Positions 52,773 to 64,000 of a stretch of 64,000 bases of DNA are shown here, one piece after another. Origin of the DNA: Octopus vulgaris. Its lineage: Eukaryota. The position numbers were made by a program, and so were the translations under genes. Under the pieces are notes generated by a model. The model was not told the DNA's origin. It did not search any database and saw only the letters and a program-made list of their open reading frames with translations. Position 1 is the first letter of the stretch; every line of letters begins with the position of its first letter. The stretch lies in NCBI GenBank assembly GCA_951406725.2, contig OX597821.1, forward strand, positions 109,864,001-109,928,000, given 5' to 3'.

Positions 52773-52823
<51 letters not shown>

Positions 52824-52835
52824 ATATATATATAA

Positions 52836-53190
52836 GGGTGCAGGAGTGGCTGTGTGGTAAGTAGCTTATATCCTAACCCCGCATGGTTCTGGGTTCAGTT
52901 CCACTGCGTGGCACATTTGCCACGTGTCTTCTAATATAGCCTCGGCCCGACCAAAGCCTTGTGAGTGGATTTGGTAAACGGAAACTGAAAGAAGCCCGTC
53001 GTATATGTATATATATATATATATATGCATATGTTTGCGTGTCTGCGTTTGTCTCCCCATCATCGCTTGACAACCGATGTTGGTGTGTTTACGTCTCCAT
53101 AACTAGCGGTTCGGCAAAAGAGAGCGATTGAATAAATGCTAGGCCTACAAAGAATAAGTCCTTGACTGAAACAAGTAAAAGAATAAAAGA
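52836..53190 (+). mobile_element. SINE family A
   Basis: Family A blocks; tail partly deleted. Confidence 0.85.
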
Positions 53191-53254
53191 ATATATATAT
53201 ATATATATCATCATCATCATCATCATCATCGTTTAACGTCCGTTCTCCATGCTA

Positions 53255-53289
<35 letters not shown>

Positions 53290-53295
<6 letters not shown>

Positions 53296-53671
53296 TAATA
53301 AATAAAACATATGCATATATACATACATATATGTACGTACCTACCTCTACATGTATATATACATGCATATATGGGTACAGGACACAAAAAAACGTCGAAC
53401 ACAATGAGAAACGAAAACATAAACACAAAACCAAGGAACTGGACAATTTTCTTAAACAACGAAAAAATAGAGTACAGGACAAATATCACAAGGAAAATTC
53501 CCCTTCTTCAGTCGCCATGGTTTCATCTACTCTGCGTTTCAAAGGTAAAGGCGATACGCATCTTCGGTTGAAACTTTCTTTCCCGCGAAAAGCAAATTAA
53601 ATAAAATTTGAGATCTTTTTGCGGAGGGGTAAAAATGCATATATACATACATAAATGTACATGCCTACATA

Positions 53672-53753
<82 letters not shown>

Positions 53754-53955
53754 TATATGGGTACAGGACGTCAAAAGAACGTGAACGAAATGCGAAACGA
53801 GAACATAAAAACGAAAGCATGGAAAACATAAAAATCAAAAACATGGAAAACGCACTCTCTAACGACGAAAGAAACTTATAGAGAAACAAGACAGACATCA
53901 TAAAGAACGTTCCCTTCATCAGTTATCCCCTGTTTTATCTACTCTGCGTTTCGAG
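53290..53955 (-). mobile_element. Two tandem diverged copies of the GGGTACAGGAC family
   Basis: Both contain GCATATATGGGTACAGGAC...CCCTTC(T/A)TCAG....ATCTACTCTGCGTTTC; embedded in (TA)n. Confidence 0.7.
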
Positions 53956-54116
53956 GCGCAGGAGTAGCTGTGTGGTAAGTAGTTTGCTTACCAGCCACAT
54001 GGTTCCGGGTTCAGTTCTCACTGCGTGTCACCTTGAGAAGATATGAAATTACGTTCGAAGTTATGTGGCATATTACAGGCAACAAATAGATCGATAAATA
54101 GATGCATATTATATGT

Positions 54117-54170
<54 letters not shown>

Positions 54171-54187
54171 TATATATATATATATAT

Positions 54188-54256
<69 letters not shown>

Positions 54257-54319
54257 CTGACAGTCAAACAGACAGACAGACAGACAGATTGATAGATCGA
54301 TAGATATCTTTTATTTTTT

Positions 54320-54798
54320 TTTTTCTTTCATTTGTTTCAGTCATTTGACTGCAGCCATTCTAGAGCACCGCCTTTAGTCTAACAAATCAACCCCAGAACA
54401 TATTCTTTGTAAGCCTAGTACTTATTCTATCGGTCCCTTTTTGCCGAACCACTAAGTTATGGAGACGTAAACACACCAACATCGGTTGTCAAGTGATGGG
54501 GGGAGGGAGGACAAACACAGATACGCAAACATACAATCACATATACACACACACACACACACTTACACACACACACACACGTACACACACACACACACAC
54601 ACACGCATATATATATATATATATATATATAAATATATACAAAAGGTTTCTTTCATTTTCCTTCTACCAAATCTACTCACAAGGCTTTGGTCGGCCCGAG
54701 ACTATAGTAGAAGATACTTGCCCAAGATGCCAAGCAGTGGGACTGAATCCGGAACCATGTGGTTGGTAAGCAAGCCACCTATCGCACAGCCACTCCTG
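54320..54798 (-). mobile_element. SINE family A
   Basis: Family A blocks. Confidence 0.85.
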
Positions 54799-54926
54799 AT
54801 AGATATACATACATACATACATACATAATACATGCATGCATACATACATATATTGCACACACACACATAAACACGCACACATACTCATGCACATACACAT
54901 ATGCATGACATCCCTCCGTCTCTCTC

Positions 54927-54970
<44 letters not shown>

Positions 54971-55103
54971 TACACACGTGCGCACACACAAACGCATACA
55001 CATATATTAATCTAAGTAAATAGATACATTCATAAAGTTAGATTATTTATAGAAAATACAAAAAACGCAGATAGATAGATAGATAGATAGATATAGATAG
55101 ATT

Positions 55104-55169
<66 letters not shown>

Positions 55170-56119
55170 AAATTAGATAAACAAGTTAGATATATTGAGA
55201 AAGGGATAGACAGTAAGATGAATGGATAGCAGGATAAAGTGATAGACAGATAGATATTGAGATGCTTTAGCTACAAAAACAAAATGGTAGACAAATGGAC
55301 AAACAATCATCTAGAAGTCTGAAGAATTTACTAATTCTAACTGGTCTGGCGGGATGGGAGGAATTCTATCATAATGACTGATGGTAAAGGAATCGGGGAA
55401 AAAGTATAAAGGTCAAAGGGATGATGTCATACAAGATAAAGAAACTGGCGGGAAGTTCAAAGGTCAAAAGAGATAAGGAGTATTTCGTTATAACTATATG
55501 CAGTATAATGTAGTAATTTGGTTACAGAGTTGACAGCGTAATTTGAGAGACATTGAAGAAACCATGTGTACCTCGCTTTGAAGATACAAAGGGTATTGTC
55601 TTCAGCCGAAGGGGAACGTGGAGGGAACATGACTGTTTGTGGTAAATAGTCAAAAAGTTATCCATTTAGTAAGGTGTTGGGGGTAATCTTCAAGTACAGT
55701 CTCTCAAATCAATTTTACATACTACTCCTTTTCTTTTACAAACACTTTTTCCAACGACCCCCGAACCCGTAATATGGTTTGAATATCTTTCAGGATAACG
55801 AAGCAAGAAACGTGACGTGTTGAAGAACGCCGATCTGGTATTTAAATTTTCTGAGTTTACTGAAATTCTTGCTTTATTCAATCAAGGATATATAATATTG
55901 CTGAAGCATCTGTAGTTCTGCTTTAGTTTGTTTCTATTGAATAATTTTCTGTGTCGATCATTAGTAAAGAAAGTATTATTTATTAACATCGAGACGTATC
56001 TAACCATGTTAGATTTGACTTTTAAAATGAGAAAAGAAATCTTTTGCTTGTTAGGCCGAGTGGTTAGAAGCGCATTTGATCCTGCTTTTGACCTGCAATT
56101 GTATGAAATTTATTCAATA

Positions 56120-56249
56120 GGACTTATTTCTTATAAGCTTAGTACTTATTCTATCGGTGTCTTTTGCTGAACCACTATGTTACGGAGACATAAACACACC
56201 AACACCGGTCATAAAGTGATGGTAGGGTGACAAACACAAACACACACAC

Positions 56250-56313
<64 letters not shown>

Positions 56314-56860
56314 ATATATGTATATATGTATGTATATATGCATGTATGTTGCATGTATGCATGTATGCATGCATGTATGTATGTATGTATGTGTGTGTGT
56401 GTATGTATGTATGTATGTATGTATGTATGTATGTATGTATGTATGTATGTGTGTATGTATGTATGTATACGACGGGCTTCTTCCATTTTCCGTCTACCAA
56501 ATCTATTCACAAGGTTTTGGTCGTCCCGAGGCTATAGTAGAAGACACCTGCCCAAGATACCACGTAGTGGGACTGAACTCGGAACCATGTGGTTGGTAAG
56601 CAAGCTTCTTACGACACAGCCACTTCTACGCCTATAGGAAGAACTCTTTAATACTTATTTCTACTCTAGGCTCAAGGCCTTGAAGGGGGTTAATCGATTA
56701 CATCAACGCCAGTGCGTTACTGGTACTTATTTCATCGACCCCGAAAGGATGATATACAAATTCGACATCGGCGTAATTTGAACTCAGAACGTAGTGGTAG
56801 GCGGAATGCTGGTAAGCGTTTCATCCGGCGTGCTAACGATTCATCCCGTTTGTCGCACTC
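56120..56860 (-). mobile_element. SINE A with expanded internal microsatellite (56120-56635) followed by SINE B (56655-56860)
   Basis: Family blocks in reverse orientation. Confidence 0.8.
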
Positions 56861-57079
56861 GAAGAGCTCTTTAAGAAAAGTAATACGTTTTCAATAATCT
56901 TTATTGCTGTAATATAATTTAACTCCCTCTTTACACCCTGAGTTCAAATTCTGCCGAAGCCGACTTTCCCTTTCATCTTTTCAGAGTCGATAAAACAAGT
57001 ACTTGTTAAGCACTGCTGTCAATATAATCGTCTTGCCCCGCCCCCCAAATTTCAGGACTTGTTTCTATAATCAAAATGA

Positions 57080-57344
57080 TCGTTATGGTAAATCGCCTAG
57101 TATGGATGGTTTTCCTTACGAGAATTACTTTTATATACCAGACTTGTCTGGTGGCCTTTTAGCAAATATCTACCGCTACTGGCAGCAGAACGAGATAATT
57201 CCTAGTTCTGTGAGTCGAGGAGTAGTGGCACTGCTGAGAAAGGACCTAAATAATGGCGGGCCAAATGGAAAGTTTTGGTCCCCATAACACTTATCGCAGG
57301 ATTCAAAATTTTGGCCAAGGTGTTAGCAACGAGGTTGGCGCCGA

Positions 57345-57345
<1 letters not shown>
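57080..57345 (+). pseudogene. L1/Tx1-clade reverse transcriptase fragment
   Basis: GKSPSMDGFPYENY....DL.G.LLANIY..W.Q...IPSSVSRGVVALLRKD...F.PITL....KILAKVLATRL (N-terminal RT subdomains, frameshifted). Confidence 0.75.
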
Positions 57346-57702
<357 letters not shown>

Positions 57703-57918
57703 TGACTGATTTAATGAGATTTTTTTTTCGTTGGGTGAAGGGGCACATTAAGAATTAAGTGTCCTATTGGTAGTCATTAGAATGTCGGGTTGATTGCCTT
57801 GTGGTAATCGTTTCGGCTCTCTACGCTCTGAGTTCAATTCCTAACGAGGATACGTATATCCTTTCGAATAGATAAAATAAAATACATATCTTGCACTCTA
57901 TCTATCACTCACTCACCT

Positions 57919-57952
<34 letters not shown>

Positions 57953-58055
57953 TTTCATCCACAGCCTTCTCTCTTTCTCTCATTTCTCCCCCTCTCTCTC
58001 TTTCTTTCTTTCTCTCCCTCTTTTTCGTTTACTGGAAGAAATTAACTGTGGTCAG

Positions 58056-58187
58056 ATCAAGAGAAAGATGGGCTCCGCCAAGTCTAAAACCTACTCCAAG
58101 ACACGCTGTAAGTCAGAGACGGCACCCATCCGTTTCCGTCTACGAATTGAGAGCCCTGCATAAATCAAAGTATCTTCTACAAGACAG
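58056..58187 (+). CDS. Candidate coding exon (SRERWAPPSLKPTPRHAVSQRRHPSVSVYELRALHKSKYLLQDR)
   Basis: Long polypyrimidine tract upstream, AG at 58054-58055 (alternative at 58037-58038), open frame, donor AG|GTATTG. Confidence 0.5.
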
Positions 58188-58972
58188 GTATTGTCAGTTA
58201 ATTAGCAACTGAAAATATTATTAACTTAATTACTGTAACAGTCATTTATGGTATGTAAATGAAACCGGATATGTCTTCCCGAGACATTTTTCTAGTCAAA
58301 ATGAAAACACCTTTTCTTTTGCAGACGCACTTGTATGTGTGTGTGTGTGATTGCGCGTGTGTGTGTGTGTGTTATGTGTGAGTGTATGTGTGTGTGTGAT
58401 TGTGTGTGTGTGTGAGTGTGTGTGTGTGTGTGAGTGTTGTGTGTGTGTGGGTGTGTGAGTATTTTGTGTGTGTGAGTGTTTTGTGTGTGTGTGTGTTGTG
58501 TGTGTGTGAGTGTTGTGTCTGTGTGTGTGCGAGTGTGTGTATGTGTGTGTGTGAGTGTTGTTTGTGTGTTTGGGTGTTTGTGTGTGTGTGTTTGTGAGTG
58601 TTGTGAGTTTGTGTGCGTGTGTTGTGCGTGTGTTGTGTGTGTGAGCGTGTGTGTGTGTGTGTGAGCGTGTGTGTGTGTGTGTGTGCGTGTGTGTGTGTTT
58701 GTGTGTGAATGCGTGAAACCTGTTCTCGTTCTGATTTTGTTTCTGTTACTCATTAAAATTAGCTGAAGTTCTGAAATACATTACATGAAAAATTACAAGA
58801 CTGAGTCCTATTTTATACCGAAGCAACATCCTAACATACTTAATCAGAGTCTCAGAGAACTTGCCAAAGTTCTTGGAATACATCAACATTTCTTGGCCAA
58901 AACAAAAAACTAATTATTTCAATTTCATCTAAATGGTTTTACTGTTATCTACATCTTGTTCCGAGTTCAGGC

Positions 58973-59061
<89 letters not shown>

Positions 59062-59062
59062 G

Positions 59063-59178
<116 letters not shown>

Positions 59179-59539
59179 ATATATATGTATATATATTATA
59201 TATAATATAATATATATACATACATATATATTCCTATGAGTACATGACTGTCTGCCATTATACATACACCGATACATATGTGTGTATGTGTCTATATGTG
59301 CGTTTAAATGTCTCTGTGTACACACACACACACTCACACGTGCGCACACACACACACTCGCACTCGCACACACACACACACATATATATATATGTACACA
59401 TACACAAGTTGATGCAGTCTTCTTCAGACGTACAATGTTTCATTCATTCTCATATGTGTGTGTGTGTGTGTGTGTGTGTGTACATATATACACAGGCTTG
59501 TGCCATTTCACACTCAAGAGTAGATATCTGTGCGTGTGA

Positions 59540-59582
<43 letters not shown>

Positions 59583-59691
59583 CATACATATATATATATA
59601 TGTATGTATGTATGTTTGTGTATATATATATATATATACATACATACATACATATATGCATATATATATTCATACATACATACATGCATAT

Positions 59692-59756
<65 letters not shown>

Positions 59757-59919
59757 TATATACATATATATACACACACATATACATATATATATACACA
59801 CAGTTGGAATTTACCCCAGCTATCTATGTTATATATACATAAATATAGGGATGATATTGAAATACCGTCACGAGTGGCAAGCGAATTATCAGCCGTACAG
59901 GCAAATTAATAAAATATAT

Positions 59920-60182
59920 ACATACAATATAAGATACGTACATATATACAGAAGGTCACTACATGAGTATCTATATCGCTAAAAATAGAAGTCAAAAATA
60001 CTTCTGTACCACCGAATTGTCACAAATCTATGACAGACATGACAAGAAAAAATATCAATGTGATGTCTGCAATAGATTTGTGATTATTCGGTGATACAGA
60101 AGTATTTTGACTTCTATTTTTAGCGATGTAGGTGCTCGTGTAGTGCCCTTGTGTATATATGTACATATTTAATATTGTATGT
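59920..60182. repeat. Long inverted repeat with ~125-bp arms and a 14-nt loop
   Basis: Arm 59920-60044 pairs with 60059-60182, e.g. ATCGCTAAAAATAGAAGTCAAAA versus TTTTGACTTCTATTTTTAGCGAT. Confidence 0.9.
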
Positions 60183-60199
60183 TACATATACACATATAT

Positions 60200-60605
60200 A
60201 AAGGCGGCGAGCTGGCAGACACGTTAGCGCGCCGGGCAAAATGCTTAGCGGTATTTTGTCTGTCGTGACGTTCTGAGTTCAAATTCCGCCGAGGTCGACT
60301 TTGCTTTTCATCCTTTCGAGATCGATAAATAAAGGACCAGTACTGGGTCCGATGTAATCAACTTAATCCCTTTGGCTGTCCTTGTTTGTTCCGTCTATGT
60401 TTAGCCCCTTGTGGGTAATAAAGAAATAGGTATTTCGTCTGTCGTTACCTTCTGAGTTCAAATTCCGCCGAGGTCGACTATGCCTTTCATCCTTTCGAGA
60501 TCGATAAATAAAGTACCAGTTCCGCACTGGGGTCGATGTAATCGACTTAATCCCTTTGTCTGTCCTTGTTTGTCCCCTCTATGTTTAGCCCCTTGTGGGC
60601 AATAC
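60200..60605 (+). mobile_element. SINE family B, dimeric form
   Basis: Same duplicated architecture as 19305-19710. Confidence 0.85.
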
Positions 60606-60814
60606 AGAAATATATATATGTATATGCCTGTGTGTGTATATATTTATTTATATATATATGCATATATATATATATATATAAATATGTATATGTGTGTGCG
60701 TGTTCGTGTGTGTGGAAGCATACAGCACAAGCACATTTACTTGTACATACATACATATACATACATATATATATATATACATATACATATATATATACAT
60801 ATATATATATATAC

Positions 60815-60856
<42 letters not shown>

Positions 60857-61547
60857 ATACATACATAGTTACTCATACTTATTCCATATTTGAAAATTGC
60901 ATACCATTTGCACACTCTCACACTTATCTACCCCCCCCCTACCCCCCCCCCACACACATATATGAACTATAACCGGGGACAAAATGAAACAAAAATACAA
61001 CAAAGAAACAAAAGATGGAAATCAAAGCTAATAAAGACAAGACAAAGAGCAGAAATATCCATTAAACTTGTTAGGTTTATCTCACAAATTGAGGTGGAGA
61101 TAACAATAATCCTACATCAAAAGGCTATATTTTCCGCTTCGCTTATTATAATCAGTGATAAGCATCAAAAGTGTTATTAGTGACCGGAGGTGAGTTGGAA
61201 ATATGAATTGTGTGGTCTTTGTAGAAAACATTTAGATATTATTTGGAGGAAGTGAAGTATACTATGAAGGGGTCTATAGTACCCTGTGCCACGGGGTACC
61301 TTGGGGTATCACGGTGGTATTTATACTGGTACTCGAAGAAGAGTCCTGTCTCGTGATCTGCAATTATGTGTGTATGTATGTGTGTATGAGAATGTGTGTG
61401 TGTGTATGTTTAGGTAGGTAAGTACTTAACTATATATATTTATATGTATGTATGGACGTGTCTGTATGAGCATGCGCGTATGTGTGCATGTACGTAGACA
61501 TATATATGCGCACATTTACATATTCACACATAAAAATATAAAATGAC

Positions 61548-61580
<33 letters not shown>

Positions 61581-61609
61581 AAGAGTGAGAGAGAGAGAGA
61601 GAGAGAGGG

Positions 61610-61748
<139 letters not shown>

Positions 61749-62067
61749 CGAGATAAATAGATGAAAATAGAGTCAGCAGATGAGATTCTGAGATGCTCAA
61801 TATTGAAAACAGTAGCGCTCAAATGATTTGAACCTCCGCTCCGACATCCGTAGGGTAAAAAGTGGGCAGATATGTAGATAATGATGCATTATATATTAGG
61901 GTTAGATATATAACGTGTACGTATATATGTAAACAGTGAGAAACAAAGACTATGGATATTCAAACGATGAACATTCATACATAAATATATAGATATTTAT
62001 ATATTAACAGAGCATATAATACAGAGTACAAATACAGGAAACTAAGGGGAGAAGTTATGGTATTACA

Positions 62068-62203
62068 GGCCTGACAGCTGTTTCTAGAGGCTCGGAATTA
62101 CATAACAATTTTTGCAGATGTAGTTCGCAAAACGTCAAGCATATGCAACCAGTAGTGGATGTATATAAACATTAAGGTTAATCCGGCTCCCGTCTGCAGG
62201 GTG
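62068..62203 (-). ncRNA. Degraded hammerhead-like motif (CUGCAGA core, ACAGCUGU stem III)
   Basis: Minus strand CTGCAGA-C-GGGAGCCGGATTA...TAATTCCGAGCCTCT-A-GAA-ACAGCTGT-C-AGG. Confidence 0.35.
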
Positions 62204-62895
62204 GAAGGATTGACATTTAATATTTTTTTAATGTAAAGTGTTTTGCCCAAGATGATTCATTTGGTTTGAAACAATCTATAATTCAGAAAAGGTTTGAAAC
62301 CAAACCTTCCGGAAAATCGATGGTGTATATGTATACTTCAGATAACATAGTTCGGCATACTATAGTCATTTAAATTAACAGGATGGTCATGACTGGACCG
62401 CTTTTGCCCACACGATTATTTAATCGGAACTGACTGAAGTTTAAACAAGATGACTGACATATAAGAGAAAGTAGTTCTGGATATCAACACTTTCTATATG
62501 ACGATGAAGCCATGGATGGATCTTTTTGTTCACATGCCTGTTAGAACAGGGCTGACTCGGGGTTAAACACAACCATTAACAACAACAAAAGCTAAAACAA
62601 CAGCAAGATGTATAGTAGTTGAAATAATATCTAATATATTTAATGAAGTGGAATATAATTAGACAGATATCCATGTGTGCGTGTGTGCGCGTGTGTGCAT
62701 GTGCGAATGTGTGTGTGTGTGCGCGTGTGTGTGCATGCGTGTGTGTGAGTGCGTGTGCGTGTGTGTTATTTCTGCTAATCACATTGTTTTGGTAGAGTTT
62801 GTAGGAAGTGACGATAACTTCGTGGGAGATTATATAAAACTAATGAAAGAAAAGCAATAGTTTGTTACAACCAGGTGTTTATATAGAGGGCTGTA

Positions 62896-62943
<48 letters not shown>

Positions 62944-63078
62944 CATACACACGCACTCGTGTGTGTGTGTATATGTATGTAGTGTGTGCCCGCGTGCTTG
63001 CATTCTCTTAAGGTCGTAATGGGTGGTAGCAAGTCATTTACTCACGCACACAGACACACATACACATACACAAGCACA

Positions 63079-63141
<63 letters not shown>

Positions 63142-64000
63142 ACACACACACACACTTGTGTAGATAATTACATACACTAATAGGTATTTAAATAGATAGA
63201 TAATGCGGATGTATATGTTTGCTTTCAAATGAATACGCATATATACTTCCATGTATATAAACATACACTCATGTAGATGTATATACATGCGTGTGTGCTT
63301 GTGTGTGTAATTGTGTGCGTTTGAGCACACACACTCAACACACTAATGCACACACTCATACACACACATATCCCTACGTACATAAATGTAGACATACATA
63401 CACATATATAACTACATACGTATGCATGCACATATACATAAATACATACAAGAATTATCTGAAACTGAAAATGTACAAAGACTTACTCTTCTTTCCGAAA
63501 ACTTTCGTAACAAATCTTTTCCAAAAGAAAGTTTCATAACAATTCTTTTGTCATTTTAAGTAGTTATTGAATCCCACTCCCAAAGAATACGAAACGTGGC
63601 CAAAATTTTTTTAAGATATCTGGATCCATTCCGCTGTGATATCCTAGATCAACCTTCTCTCAAAAATTACAAGGAGATCGGATTATCTCGCAAGAATTTG
63701 TTCACTTAGCAACTTAAGACACCATTTGTAAGATCAAGGAAAAATATTATTCTGTCGGGCATACACAGAGATGACGGACACGGCAGTGGTCAATGTTTCG
63801 AAGATGCTGGTCCAGTTTCGAAGATGTTGGCCCATGAAGATGCTGGTCATGTCTGTTTGGCTAAAACATAATAAAGGGATCACAGTACAACATGAAATTA
63901 AGGAAAATATAAGGTGTACATATAGGTATAATTGTGAGTGTGTGTGTATATCGCCATACACACACATACACATATGTATGTATGTATCTATCTATATCTA

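Noticed and set aside
58069-58163. MGSAKSKTYSK.. frame resembling a myristoylation start
   Set aside because: Short and ends in a stop; the alternative frame with flanking splice sites is the better exon candidate.
61279-61299. Short palindrome GTACCCTGTG-C-CACGGGGTAC
   Set aside because: Isolated 10-bp stem, probably a transposon remnant; no supporting context.

Overview
Eukaryotic, AT-rich, microsatellite-saturated DNA: (TA)n, (CA)n, (TAA)n, (CATA)n, (GATA)n and (AGT)n tracts. The repeat landscape strongly suggests an octopus or other cephalopod genome (inference from pattern, not from a search). Nearly all ORFs in the supplied track are microsatellite artefacts. Supportable content: (i) a 5'-truncated Penelope-like retroelement (PLE) with an uninterrupted RT + Cys-rich linker + GIY-YIG frame on the minus strand (46279-47814), inserted in (TA)n; (ii) decayed mariner, Tc1 and maT transposons, hAT- and Tigger-like MITEs, and a non-autonomous Helitron; (iii) fragments of a restriction-like-endonuclease (REL) LINE always embedded in (CATA)n, plus an L1/Tx1-type RT fragment; (iv) dozens of copies of three tRNA-derived SINE families; (v) a tRNA-Ala(TGC) fused to a SINE/LINE-type 3' tail; (vi) a few candidate exons of a host gene with very long introns. 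The most notable signal is more than 15 minimal type-I hammerhead ribozyme (HHR) motifs from at least six unrelated sequence families, with palindromic stem III and recurrent core variants. They sit in short, mostly microsatellite-associated elements and in the 3' end of the PLE itself, where the core shows the compensatory U3-A8 pair and lies just downstream of a duplicated E-box/CCAAT/E2F module. All structures were read by eye, nothing was computed or searched, and boundaries of decayed repeats are approximate.
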